Source: a virus
Lineage: Duplodnaviria > Caudoviricetes
Strand: one strand, 5' to 3'
Virus record (IMG/VR): IMGVR_UViG_3300020724_000008
Span: 1-59,954 of that record
Length of the DNA stretch: 59,954 bases
Both the position numbers and the translations under genes were made by a program. The notes below the pieces were generated by a model. The model searched no databases. It saw only the letters and a program-made list of their open reading frames with translations, and was not told where the DNA came from. Positions 28,746 to 38,445 of this stretch are shown piece by piece; the stretch's first letter is position 1; each line of letters opens with the position of its first letter.

Positions 28746-30101
28746 TTGAGCAAAATGATTCCACTTCCTACACAAATCACAGGCGCAAAATTTCTAGCCA
28801 GCAACACAAAAGCATTGCTTGCAGATGAACCTAGAGTCGGTAAGACCGGCGCGGCCATTCTTGGCGCAGATTACATCCTTGCACAATCAATCTTAATCGT
28901 CACAACGGCTTCAGGCCGTGGTGTTTGGCGTCGTGCTATGGGCGTATGGTCTGACTTAAATCGTTCTGTTTGCATGGTCGGCATAGACAAAAATACAGAT
29001 GCTGATGTTTTGATTTGTAGTTGGGGTGCGCTTACGCAAGCGGCCAGCATTGGCGCTATTCTCGCCCGCAATTTTGATCTGGTCATCTTGGATGAAGATC
29101 ATTATGCCAAAAACATCACCGCAGCGCGCACACAGGCCGTGTATGGCAAATTCTATAACGATGGCGGTAATGTCATGACGGCCAGTGCCGTGACCAGCCG
29201 CAGCGAACGTGTTTGGCATTTATCCGGCACACCGGCTCCGCACGACCCCAGCGACTTTTATCCTCGCCTTCGTTCTTCAGCCCCTGAACGTTTAAAAGCC
29301 AACCCTTTAAAGGGTTGGCCGGATGTCACGAAATACAATGATTTCTTGCATCGTTATTGCGTTGTTCGAATGAAACAGATTTCGCGTTTCAACCGCATCC
29401 CTATCGTGATTGGCGGTAAAAACGACGAAGAATTAAAAGAGCGCATTTCAGGTTTCATGCTAAAACGAACTCAGAAAGATGTTGGGATCCGACCACCCGA
29501 TTATGATGTGATGCCCCTTGTCGCTTCGCCCTCACTCATTCGCAAACTGGAAAAGGACATCGACAAGTCGGCCATTTTGGAGGCCATCAAAGACGGAACA
29601 ACACGCGAATTGGATCAGGAGCTTGGCGCTTTGCGCCGAATGACTGGCGAGATTAAAGCGCCGCTGATTATTGATGCGGTCAAGGAGGAGTTTAATTGTG
29701 GCCTTGATAAGATCGTCATTGCGTATTGGCACAAGAATGTCGGTGACGCGTTACAGGACGGTCTCAAAGATTTCAACCCATTACGCATTGACGGCTCGAC
29801 TCCTGCCAATGACCGCAGCGCATTTGAAGTGTTGTTCCGCGAAACGGAAACCCATAAAGTCATGCTGGCGCAAATTGCTGCGGCCGGCGAGGCAATTGAC
29901 CTCAGCGCCGCTGCGGTTCTTTGGTTTGCAGAATCCAGTTTTACGCCAAGCCAAATGAAGCAAATGAGTTTGCGTATCACCAATCACACCCAAACCCGAA
30001 ATGCTTCGGTGCGGGTCTGTACCTTGTCGGGGTCTATCGACGAAGCCATGCAAATGTCAGTTATGCGTTTGTGGGCAGCTATCAGAAAGGTAATAGAATG
30101 A
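28746..30101 (+). CDS. SNF2-like helicase
   Basis: LADEPRVGKT, VILDEDH, LSGTP, IDGST, AGEAIDLSAA. Confidence 0.85.
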   Translation: MSKMIPLPTQITGAKFLASNTKALLADEPRVGKTGAAILGADYILAQSILIVTTASGRGVWRRAMGVWSDLNRSVCMVGIDKNTDADVLICSWGALTQAASIGAILARNFDLVILDEDHYAKNITAARTQAVYGKFYNDGGNVMTASAVTSRSERVWHLSGTPAPHDPSDFYPRLRSSAPERLKANPLKGWPDVTKYNDFLHRYCVVRMKQISRFNRIPIVIGGKNDEELKERISGFMLKRTQKDVGIRPPDYDVMPLVASPSLIRKLEKDIDKSAILEAIKDGTTRELDQELGALRRMTGEIKAPLIIDAVKEEFNCGLDKIVIAYWHKNVGDALQDGLKDFNPLRIDGSTPANDRSAFEVLFRETETHKVMLAQIAAAGEAIDLSAAAVLWFAESSFTPSQMKQMSLRITNHTQTRNASVRVCTLSGSIDEAMQMSVMRLWAAIRKVIE

Positions 30102-30979
30102 GCATCGAGATTAAAATTACGGCGCGTCCCGAAGATGGGGACATGGCCAATCAATTACACAATGCTTTCTTAGCGCTTGGTTATCTAAAGAAAGATAAGA
30201 AAGAAAAAGAACCTGAAGCCAAAGTTTCCAAGGTGACTTTAGACTGGCAGCCTGTTGAAAATATTGAACAAGCTGTCGCACTTGTGACGGAGACTAAAAC
30301 GGAACATGAAGAAAAAATACCGAAAGAACCAATTCAATTTACGCCAGCGGAGATTCCAGAGTCTAAACGCAAGCGTAAATCAAAAGCGGAAGTTGAAAAG
30401 GAAGAAAAATTTCAGCGTCAGATCAGCACTGGTGCGGAGCGCACTAATCCTGAAGAAGATGCTATTCAGGATGCTAAGGATGAAGTGATCATAGCCGATA
30501 CGTTATTTACGATAGATGACGTAAGAAAGTTGATTGGTGATTACAGCAAAATTCACGGGATTGCAAAAGCAGCAACTGAAGTTCCATTGTTGCTCGGTTG
30601 CAAAATTCATGAACTTTCTGATGATCAAGTTTCACTGGCCAATGCAATTGCCGTCATGCGTCATGCGATCAATCCTGATGCCCCGCAAGCTCGCATCATT
30701 CCAGTGTCTGCACAGACATTTCCAGATGATGTGACAAAGGCAGATGTTGGCAAGGCATTGATGGCATACGCAGCCATGTATGATGGTGTTGGCATTCCGC
30801 TAGAGCAGATGCACGCAACGCTTGAAGATGGGCCGAAAATGTTGATGAAGATTTTTGGATCATCTGTGACTAATATCAGCGCAATCCCTGCCGATCCGAT
30901 TTCTTATGCTAAAGCCAAAGCCGCAATCGAAGCGGCAATTATTCACAACCCTTATAAGCGCGAGGCGAAAAATGGTTAA
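30098..30979 (+). CDS. Hypothetical replication-module protein
   Basis: AAGG RBS; charged linker and duplicated T.DDV/TKADV helical units. Confidence 0.65.
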   Translation: MSIEIKITARPEDGDMANQLHNAFLALGYLKKDKKEKEPEAKVSKVTLDWQPVENIEQAVALVTETKTEHEEKIPKEPIQFTPAEIPESKRKRKSKAEVEKEEKFQRQISTGAERTNPEEDAIQDAKDEVIIADTLFTIDDVRKLIGDYSKIHGIAKAATEVPLLLGCKIHELSDDQVSLANAIAVMRHAINPDAPQARIIPVSAQTFPDDVTKADVGKALMAYAAMYDGVGIPLEQMHATLEDGPKMLMKIFGSSVTNISAIPADPISYAKAKAAIEAAIIHNPYKREAKNG

Positions 30980-32219
30980 TCACGGCGTACGAGACCATGC
31001 AACATGGAGCGCTAGTTCCACCGCACGAAACTGGAAATGCCCCGGTGCTTTGGCATTGGCCACTAAGGCTTTGCCGGATTTTGAAACAATTCATTCAGCG
31101 CGGGGAACGGCGTGTCATCAAATCTCTGAGAAAGCACTTCGTACAGGTAAAGACGCTGTGGATTTTCTAGGTGACATTGAGCACACTAAAGAAAACAGCA
31201 TTGAAATTGATGACGAGTTGGTTGAATCCGCGCAGCATTATATCAATCATGTTCGTTCGCTTGGTGGCCAGCTTCAAATCGAACAGCGTTTTAGCTTAAA
31301 GGATCTCAACCCGCCTTTCGATGCTGGCGGAACGGGTGACGCGGTTGTCTATGTTCCAGATGATCGTCGCCTGCACGTTGTCGATTTGAAGAATGGCCGA
31401 GGTCTGGTCGATGCGGATGATAACCCGCAGCTACTGACATACGCACTCGGAGCAATGCTATCTAATCCAACTCTCGATGTAGAAACAATTCGAGTGACGA
31501 TTGTGCAGCCGCGCGCTCCGCACAAAGACGGCATTATTCGTTCTGACACATTTCATGTGTCTGATCTGATTGGCTGGACGGGTGAATTGCTCGAAGCTAT
31601 GAACCGATCTAAGAAAGCATACGATGCTTTTAAAATTGCCGAACATAATGAAGTTCTGTTCGATGATTGGTCTGATCAGTATCTTGTCACAGGTAAATGT
31701 GACTGGTGCCGCGCTGAAGGTTTTTGCCCCAAGCGTAAAAAAGAAAGCCTCAAGATTGCCGAAGTTTGGTTTGACGATTTTGACAAGCCTCAGATTGGCA
31801 ACAAACCGGAACTGATGTCACCGGAGAAGATTGCACATACGTTGCCACTTCTTGATGCTCTGGAGGACTGGATTGCATCTGTGCGTACATTGGCCAAACA
31901 AACGGCTGACAGTGGCATTGCTCTCCCCGGCTATCATTTGGAAACGAAGTACACAAACCGTAAATGGTCGGGCGATGAGGAAATGGTGGTCAATGTTTTG
32001 ACGATCATGGCCGGTCTTGACCCCGAAAAGATTTACACGAAGAAATTGGTTTCCCCTGCGCAGGCTGAAAGGCTGCTGGGTAAGAAACGAAAGGAACTCA
32101 TCACTGATCTGGTGGTGCGTGAGGAGAACGGCACAAAGCTGGTTGCCTCGAAAAACGGAGAAAGTTCTGCGCCACAAACCAAAGCAGAGCATTATTTTAT
32201 TGAAACGGAGAACATGTAA
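30972..32219 (+). CDS. DUF2800 Cas4-like PD-(D/E)XK exonuclease
   Basis: HA.WSASS..R...CPG, GTACH, GTGD, VVDLKNG, NPQL..YALG, IVQPR, C.WC....CP. Confidence 0.85.
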   Translation: MVNHGVRDHATWSASSTARNWKCPGALALATKALPDFETIHSARGTACHQISEKALRTGKDAVDFLGDIEHTKENSIEIDDELVESAQHYINHVRSLGGQLQIEQRFSLKDLNPPFDAGGTGDAVVYVPDDRRLHVVDLKNGRGLVDADDNPQLLTYALGAMLSNPTLDVETIRVTIVQPRAPHKDGIIRSDTFHVSDLIGWTGELLEAMNRSKKAYDAFKIAEHNEVLFDDWSDQYLVTGKCDWCRAEGFCPKRKKESLKIAEVWFDDFDKPQIGNKPELMSPEKIAHTLPLLDALEDWIASVRTLAKQTADSGIALPGYHLETKYTNRKWSGDEEMVVNVLTIMAGLDPEKIYTKKLVSPAQAERLLGKKRKELITDLVVREENGTKLVASKNGESSAPQTKAEHYFIETENM

Positions 32220-32843
32220 ATGGCACGCGCACGCAGTCAAGATTTCAAAACCCCTATCGCTCGTCTTTCCTTCAGCCAGACCTTGTTCAAAGCTCGCGCG
32301 CAGCAGGTTGGCGGCGCCGAGAAGTTCGGATGCACGCTGATTTTTCCAAAGGCTGGTGATCGTTCTGTTCTCGATGAGGCCGTCAAAAAGGTCATTGTTG
32401 AAGAATGGGGTGAAAAAGGTCTGATTAAGGCGAAAGCTGGTTTGATCAAGTCGCCTTTCTTGGACGGTGATTCCAAAGAGGCTCGCAACAAATCAACCGG
32501 CGATCTCCATCCCGGCATGGGGCCGGATGTGTTTTTCATTCGCGTTCAAAGCAATAAGGCACCTATTGTTCGCTACAAATCACCGATTATTCCGGCGACG
32601 GAAGAGGAAGTGTATAGCGGCTGCTATGGCTTTGCGGTCATCAATGCCTTTGCATGGCATAACGATCAGAACGGTGACGGCGTTTCGTTCGGTATCCAGT
32701 ATTTTCAGAAAACAAAAGACGGTGATCGTCTGGCCGGTTCTGGTTCAATCAATCCTGAACAGTGGCACGAGAAAATTTCCGATGAAGGTTCTGCCCCAGA
32801 AGAGACCAAAAGCGGTGATGGTGCCGCTGGTTTGTTCGGTTGA
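32220..32843 (+). CDS. DUF2815 ssDNA-binding protein
   Basis: ARLSF..LF, PFLDGD, VYSGCY, GVSFGI..FQK..DGDRL, acidic tail ending LFG. Confidence 0.85.
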   Translation: MARARSQDFKTPIARLSFSQTLFKARAQQVGGAEKFGCTLIFPKAGDRSVLDEAVKKVIVEEWGEKGLIKAKAGLIKSPFLDGDSKEARNKSTGDLHPGMGPDVFFIRVQSNKAPIVRYKSPIIPATEEEVYSGCYGFAVINAFAWHNDQNGDGVSFGIQYFQKTKDGDRLAGSGSINPEQWHEKISDEGSAPEETKSGDGAAGLFG

Positions 32844-32858
32844 TTTATAAGTCAATTT

Positions 32859-32885
32859 GCGGCGATCAATAGGTCGCCGCTTTTC
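32859..32885 (+). terminator. Rho-independent terminator
   Basis: GCGGCGATC-AATA-GGTCGCCGC followed by TTTT. Confidence 0.6.
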
Positions 32886-32902
32886 ATCTTTAGGAGATTA
32901 TT

Positions 32903-33133
32903 ATGACAAACGGTGTGAATACGAACGAAATCATCCAATTTCTTGATCGCGTTGAACGGATTGAGGATGAGATCAAAGAATTGAACAGTGACAAAAAAGA
33001 AATCTGGAACGAGGCAAAAGGCCGAGGTTTTGATGTGAAGCTGCTTCGTAAAGCGCACTCGCTGCGAAAAATGGGTAAAGAGGATTTGGCTGTCCTCAGC
33101 TTGTATGCAACCAGCATCGGAGTTTTTGAATGA
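32903..33133 (+). CDS. gapR: GapR (DUF2312) nucleoid-associated protein
   Basis: FLDRVERIEDEIKELNSDKKEIWNEAKGRGFDVKLLRK...LY. Confidence 0.85.
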   Translation: MTNGVNTNEIIQFLDRVERIEDEIKELNSDKKEIWNEAKGRGFDVKLLRKAHSLRKMGKEDLAVLSLYATSIGVFE

Positions 33134-34074
33134 CAACCGTTCAAATTTTAAATGGGGATTGCCGCGATGTTTTAAAAACATTGCCAGATCAGTCAGTGCA
33201 TACATGCGTTACATCTCCGCCATATTTCGGACTGCGAGATTATGGCCATACAGGCCAGATGGGGCTTGAGCCTACACCAGATGAATTTGTGTCCGAGTTG
33301 GTCAATGTGTTTCGAGAAGTGCGCCGCGTTTTACGAGATGACGGAACACTTTGGTTAAACATTGGGGATAGTTATGCGTCATATCGAGATGGGAAAGCAA
33401 CTCCAGACACAACTCGCGGTTTAAGCGAAGGAACTCTTGTTCCTAAAGGAAGCGCAAAAAATAGAATGTCATCAACTTTTGTAGGAACATCAATCAAACA
33501 TAAAGATTTGATCGGCATTCCTTGGCGCGTTGCCTTTGCATTGCAGGCGGATGGTTGGTATCTGCGGCAAGACATCATTTGGCATAAACCAAATCCAATG
33601 CCAGAAAGTGTGACAGATCGCTGCACAAAATCGCATGAATATATATTCTTGTTGTCTAAGTCACCAAAATATTATTTTGATCATGAGGCGATTAAAGAAC
33701 CAGTTGCTGCAAGTTCGATTATTCGATTAACTCAGCCAAATATTTCTGCTCAAGTTGGTAGCAATCGAGTTCCATTTAAGACAAACGGAACGATGAAAGC
33801 TGTTGGAAATACTGAAATGCGTAACAAACGTTCTGTTTGGACTGTTACTACAAAGCCATTCAAAGGCGCTCACTTTGCTACATTTCCACAAGACCTAATT
33901 GAACCATGTATTCTCGCTGGATGCCCAGAAGGTGGGACAGTGCTTGATCCATTTGGAGGCGCTGGAACAACCGGCCTTGTAGCCAAACGGAATAATCGAA
34001 ATGCAATTTTAATTGAATTAAATTCAGAATATGTCGAAATAATAAAAAATAGAACTGACGGAGTTTTTGAATGA
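33130..34074 (+). CDS. Beta-class amino DNA methyltransferase (probably N4-cytosine)
   Basis: TSPPYF precedes VLDPFGGAGTT; IIWHKPNPMPES, HFATFP. Confidence 0.9.
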   Translation: MTTVQILNGDCRDVLKTLPDQSVHTCVTSPPYFGLRDYGHTGQMGLEPTPDEFVSELVNVFREVRRVLRDDGTLWLNIGDSYASYRDGKATPDTTRGLSEGTLVPKGSAKNRMSSTFVGTSIKHKDLIGIPWRVAFALQADGWYLRQDIIWHKPNPMPESVTDRCTKSHEYIFLLSKSPKYYFDHEAIKEPVAASSIIRLTQPNISAQVGSNRVPFKTNGTMKAVGNTEMRNKRSVWTVTTKPFKGAHFATFPQDLIEPCILAGCPEGGTVLDPFGGAGTTGLVAKRNNRNAILIELNSEYVEIIKNRTDGVFE

Positions 34075-34376
34075 GTGCCCAAGGTAGCAAATTCGACCAA
34101 GACAAAGTGCCAATGGATCTCCTTGATCGTTATGCGCTTGAACAAACTGCCGCTGTCTTGGCCTTCGGTGCAAAAAAATATGGCCGAAATAATTGGCGTC
34201 TCGGTATGGCACATAGTCGGTTGATTGCGGCAGCGCTTCGACATACTGTGGCCATCGCTGACGGCGAAATCGTCGATCCGGAATCAGGTTTACCGCACGC
34301 CGCCCATGCGATGTGCTGTGTAATGTTTCTGCTCTGGATGCAAAAGAACCGACCAGACTTGAATGATGTTTGGTAA
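34071..34376 (+). CDS. DUF5664 dATP/dGTP diphosphohydrolase-domain protein
   Basis: KFDQDK, FGAKKYGRNNWR.G, AALRH, DPESGLPH.AHA. Confidence 0.85.
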   Translation: MSAQGSKFDQDKVPMDLLDRYALEQTAAVLAFGAKKYGRNNWRLGMAHSRLIAAALRHTVAIADGEIVDPESGLPHAAHAMCCVMFLLWMQKNRPDLNDVW

Positions 34377-34392
34377 CCGAGAAAGATTGAAA

Positions 34393-34692
34393 ATGACAAG
34401 AAAATCCCTGCCTCAACGCCGCCAGAGCGAACTGGTAAGTTTTCACTTTAATGGGAATGAATACATTGGCGGGTATTCCGTCTTTAAAACCGGAACACCT
34501 GCCGAAGTGTTTGTATCCCCTAAACGTCGAGCATCGGACATTGATATTGCAGCCTGTGATATGGCGCTTTTGTTGTCGCTCGCGCTTCAATATGGTATGC
34601 CTATAGAGACAGCAAGTGCTGGTGCTTCCCGTAATTCGGATGGCACAGCCGCTGGTTTATTAGCAGCCCTTATTGATGCGATGGCAGGATGA
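34393..34692 (+). CDS. Stand-alone TSCPD-like (class II RNR C-terminal) domain protein
   Basis: RKSLPQRR...G.PAEVFV...LLSLALQYG.P. Confidence 0.65.
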   Translation: MTRKSLPQRRQSELVSFHFNGNEYIGGYSVFKTGTPAEVFVSPKRRASDIDIAACDMALLLSLALQYGMPIETASAGASRNSDGTAAGLLAALIDAMAG

Positions 34693-35006
34693 AGAAAGTG
34701 GTCGTTACCGATCATGCCGTTATTCGCTGGTTAGAGCGCCAGTACGGTATGGACATCAACGCAGCGAAGGCCGAGTTAGCGGAGCTGGCTCGGCCTTATC
34801 TTGAAATCGGAGCGAAACACGCCCCGGTTGGCAACGTCTGGGCGGTGCTGGAAAACGGCTGTGTTATTACTGTTACCCCAAATAAACCTCCACCCTCAAT
34901 GGTTCATCGTCATGACTTTGACGCTGTAAACGGTACAAGTGTTGCAGCATCTGAAGAGGCGCGCAGGAACTGGGAATTTAAAAATCGAAGGAAGAAACGA
35001 AGATGA
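34689..35006 (+). CDS. Hypothetical protein (VTDHAVIRWLER type)
   Basis: Coupled ORF with conserved-looking N-terminus and VITV. Confidence 0.6.
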   Translation: MKKVVVTDHAVIRWLERQYGMDINAAKAELAELARPYLEIGAKHAPVGNVWAVLENGCVITVTPNKPPPSMVHRHDFDAVNGTSVAASEEARRNWEFKNRRKKRR

Positions 35007-37207
35007 GTCTGCATTGGGATTGGGAAACACGAGGCGTTGTAAATCTACTGACACGAGGGGTCTATCTTTATGCTGATGATATACATACGGACGCTGTTTT
35101 GGCTGCCTATAGATTGGGCGCGAACTCGACTGGTTCAGCTGTTGACGCTTGGATAGTTGCTGGCGGCGAACTTGGCAAGATGTATAGTTGGTTCCGCAAG
35201 GAACCCTGCCCGCCGCATGTGGCCGCTTATGTTCAAGCTGGGGGCATGATTACCGCACATAACGCCGCCTTTGAGCGTTTGATCTGGTGGAAGATCATGA
35301 GCGACCGTCACGGCTGGCCAAAGCCTGCCTATGAGCAATGGCGCTGCACTGCGGCAACCGCAGCGGCCATGTCTTTGCCTCGATCACTGGATCGTCTGTC
35401 TGACGCGCTCAATCTGACCAACAAGAAATCAAAACGTGGTCGGCAGCTCATTCAGCTTTTATCTTTGCCGCAAGGCTTCAAAGATGGCGAACCGATCTGG
35501 AATGAAGATCCTGCCCTCATGGTCGAGTTCATGGATTACTGCATCGGCGACGTTGAGGCTGAGGAAGAGGCTGACAATCGCATCGTTCCGTTTTCAGATG
35601 CCGAACAGGCCGTCTATGTTTTGAACGAGAAGATCAATGATCGGGGTGTACGCATTGACGTTGAATCGGCAGTGGCAGCATTAAAACTGGTCGATAAGGC
35701 TAAGATCAAAATCAACAATGAATTGGCGCATGTCACCAGTCAAAATGTTTTATATGTCACCCAGACAGTCGCATTGAAGAACTGGGTGCTGTCTCAAGGC
35801 GTTGTCATACCTTCGACTGATAAGGACGATATTGACGATTTTCTGCACGATGTCGATGACTTACCAGACAATGTTCGCCGCGCGCTTGAGTTGCGGCAAG
35901 AGGGCGGCAAATCATCGGTAAGTAAAATTAGTGCCATGCTTGATCGTGTAAGTAAAGATGGCCGTGTTCGAGGTTCTTATTTGCATCACGGTGCCGGACA
36001 ATCTGGACGCTTCAGTTCTCGCGGGCTTCAGGCGCATAATTTACCAAAATATCGAAAAGAGTTTGAAGCATTGTTTGAGAAAGGTAAGTTAGATTTAGGC
36101 TTACTGTTTCAAACTATACGCACAGGCGAGCCAGATATGCTTGAACTGGTCTATGGCCCGTCTCTTGGCCGTCCAATTCATCTCATCTCTGATGCAATCA
36201 GATCGTTCCTTTGGGCGGAACCCGGCCACGAATTTATCAATGCCGACTACACATCTATTGAATCGGTAAAGGCGGCATGGTTCGCAGGCGAAGATTGGAA
36301 ATTGCAGGCTTTCTCCGATCTGTTTGCCGGTCATGGCAAAGGCATTTATGAATTGGCCGCTGCGGGCATTTACGGCGTCGATGTTGATAAGGTAACAAAG
36401 CCGCAGCGCGCGGTCGGCAAAGTTGCTGAATTGTCCTGCCAGTACGCCACCGGTGTTGGCGGCATTTCCCGCTTCGCTCGCGCTGCCAAAGTCAAATTGA
36501 ACACGCTTTATGACGCACTTTGGGAGAACTCAGACACTAAACGGCAGGAAGCCGCTGAGAAGCGATATTACGAGCGGCTAGAAGCCAATGATAGATCCGC
36601 TCAAACTCTTGGCCGCGAGGCTTGGATTTCTGCCGAGTTGATTAAATTAGGTTGGCGTGCAAAACATCCGGCCATCACTGGCGCATGGAAAGAACTTGAT
36701 GAAGCGGCCAAGATGGCGGTCGAAGTTCCCGGTCAGAAAGTGGAGTGTCTCAATGGCCGAATTACCTATATCGTCCGTCATGGCTTTTTGTGGTGCCGCC
36801 TTCCCTCTGGCCGTTGCTTGGCTTATGGTGCTCCGCGCATGGACGATGTTGATGCGCCATGGGCTGATGTCACCGTCGAACCCCAAGCCAGAGAAAAGAT
36901 CAGATCCATAACTTATCGAGGCGTTGGCCTTGATGAAAAATGGAATCGGTTTTCGCTATACGGCGGGGCGCAGTTCAACCATATCTGCCAAGGCTCGGCA
37001 GCGGATGTGCTCAGGATTGGCATGTTAAATGCGGAGGCGGCAGGCTACCCGATTGTGCTGCATACGCACGATGAGGTCATGGCCGAATTGCCAGTCGGGG
37101 AAGGCAGCTTCGAGGAGCTGGAAAAACTCCTCTGTAAGCTGCCTCCCTGTTTTGATGGTTTGCCAGTCAAAGCCGCAGGCTGGGCTGACAAGCGCTATCA
37201 CAAATGA
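35003..37207 (+). CDS. Family A DNA polymerase (APSE-type) with 3'-5' exonuclease
   Basis: DWET, AHNAAFER, YC..DV, SGRFSS, ADYTSIE, R..GKVAEL..QY, HTHDE. Confidence 0.9.
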   Translation: MSLHWDWETRGVVNLLTRGVYLYADDIHTDAVLAAYRLGANSTGSAVDAWIVAGGELGKMYSWFRKEPCPPHVAAYVQAGGMITAHNAAFERLIWWKIMSDRHGWPKPAYEQWRCTAATAAAMSLPRSLDRLSDALNLTNKKSKRGRQLIQLLSLPQGFKDGEPIWNEDPALMVEFMDYCIGDVEAEEEADNRIVPFSDAEQAVYVLNEKINDRGVRIDVESAVAALKLVDKAKIKINNELAHVTSQNVLYVTQTVALKNWVLSQGVVIPSTDKDDIDDFLHDVDDLPDNVRRALELRQEGGKSSVSKISAMLDRVSKDGRVRGSYLHHGAGQSGRFSSRGLQAHNLPKYRKEFEALFEKGKLDLGLLFQTIRTGEPDMLELVYGPSLGRPIHLISDAIRSFLWAEPGHEFINADYTSIESVKAAWFAGEDWKLQAFSDLFAGHGKGIYELAAAGIYGVDVDKVTKPQRAVGKVAELSCQYATGVGGISRFARAAKVKLNTLYDALWENSDTKRQEAAEKRYYERLEANDRSAQTLGREAWISAELIKLGWRAKHPAITGAWKELDEAAKMAVEVPGQKVECLNGRITYIVRHGFLWCRLPSGRCLAYGAPRMDDVDAPWADVTVEPQAREKIRSITYRGVGLDEKWNRFSLYGGAQFNHICQGSAADVLRIGMLNAEAAGYPIVLHTHDEVMAELPVGEGSFEELEKLLCKLPPCFDGLPVKAAGWADKRYHK

Positions 37208-37582
37208 TCAGCGCGTGATTTGCAAATAGACGCGGGCTTCGCCCGCGCTCAATATTCCCAACCGCTCAGCAGCGGCGCGAGACAGATCAAGGCTCCGGCC
37301 AGTATTGGCGGCGGGGCCTCTGTCATTTACACGGCAATAAGTTTCGGCTTTTTGATCAAACCGAACAACGCGTAACATCGTGCCAAAAGGCAATGTCCGA
37401 TGCGCGCAGGTGAAAGCTCGGCTGTTAAATCGTTCGCCATTGGCCGTGTGTCTATTCAGATATTCACCGCCACCATACCAAGATGCTCTGACGGTATGAG
37501 TTTCAAATAATTGACTGCTATCTACTGTTCCTGAACATCCACAAATCAATAAGCACAAAGCTACAGATGCTATCCGTTTCAT
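37208..37582 (-). CDS. rlpA: RlpA-like (DPBB) lytic transglycosylase lipoprotein
   Basis: ASWYG, TANGERF, TCAHRTLPFGT, RVNDRGP, LDLSRAAA; LLICG|C lipobox. Confidence 0.85.
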   Translation of the reverse strand: MKRIASVALCLLICGCSGTVDSSQLFETHTVRASWYGGGEYLNRHTANGERFNSRAFTCAHRTLPFGTMLRVVRFDQKAETYCRVNDRGPAANTGRSLDLSRAAAERLGILSAGEARVYLQITR

Positions 37583-37680
37583 GTTGTGTCTCTCTTTGTT
37601 ATGGAGCGCATCATTCAGACATCGAAATGTCCGATTTTTGCGTCCTTTGGCAGCAGAAATACACAATTTCTCCTACACAG

Positions 37681-37706
37681 TTTCACCACCCTAAAGGGTG
37701 ATGAAA
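37681..37706 (-). terminator. Stem-loop between dCMP deaminase and rlpA
   Basis: TTTCACCACCC-TAAA-GGGTGATGAAA. Confidence 0.4.
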
Positions 37707-37721
37707 CGATTGCACTTATCC

Positions 37722-38444
37722 TTATTTCAAGAATAAGCCTCTGAATTTAACACCCGCTTCATTAAAAAGCAAAGATGCCGCTTCGAAATTGCTCGCCCAC
37801 TCCTCGCGACGCTTAATTGGCATGTGTGCAACCACCCGCGTAATCCCCGCTTGAATGATCGAACCGGCGCAATTTGCACAGGGATGCAATGGTGTCACAT
37901 AGAGCGTATAGCCCTTCAGAGGCTCACGAGCGGCCAACATTGCATTCATCTCAGCATGAACCACCCGAAGCAATTTTGTTGGCCTGTCAGCGTATTTCTC
38001 AGGGCTGTCGTCCGTTCCACGAGGGAAGCCATTGTAACCAACCGATGCAATTGTCCTGTCGGGTCGGGTGATAACAGCACCGACTTGGGTGCTCGGATCT
38101 TTCGACCATGACCCAACTAATTTGGCCATAGCAAGCATTCGATCATCCCATTTTACATCACTTGAAAATTCTTTAGAAAAATTTTCGTCTGATTTTGATG
38201 TTTCGTGTTGTTCCGGTTGTGAAATGCGAGTCGCCCTAAAAGGTTCCGGTTCTGGAAAGCGACTACGCAATTCCAGCTCACAAGCAATTTTCTGTCGATA
38301 TGCAACAGCATTCGTAATTTTATTGGCCGCAGAAGTGTTTGACGCATCACCTAACAAATCCACCCACATTTGATATTCAACCCACAGATCGTCTGTGGTC
38401 ATATTGCTGTAATCTCGTTCCGTATTCGGCACTTTCATAGACAT
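37722..38444 (-). CDS. dCMP deaminase with N-terminal extension
   Basis: SKDPSTQVGAVI, GYNGFPRG, HAEMNA, PCANC. Confidence 0.9.
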   Translation of the reverse strand: MSMKVPNTERDYSNMTTDDLWVEYQMWVDLLGDASNTSAANKITNAVAYRQKIACELELRSRFPEPEPFRATRISQPEQHETSKSDENFSKEFSSDVKWDDRMLAMAKLVGSWSKDPSTQVGAVITRPDRTIASVGYNGFPRGTDDSPEKYADRPTKLLRVVHAEMNAMLAAREPLKGYTLYVTPLHPCANCAGSIIQAGITRVVAHMPIKRREEWASNFEAASLLFNEAGVKFRGLFLK

Positions 38445-38445
38445 A

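Noticed and set aside
30972-32219. Cas4-like gene as a CRISPR component
   Set aside because: It is the DUF2800 exonuclease in its usual helicase-SSB-PolA context
34071-37207. Z-genome (diaminopurine) system
   Set aside because: No PurZ or DatZ-like gene recognisable; DUF5664 alone is insufficient
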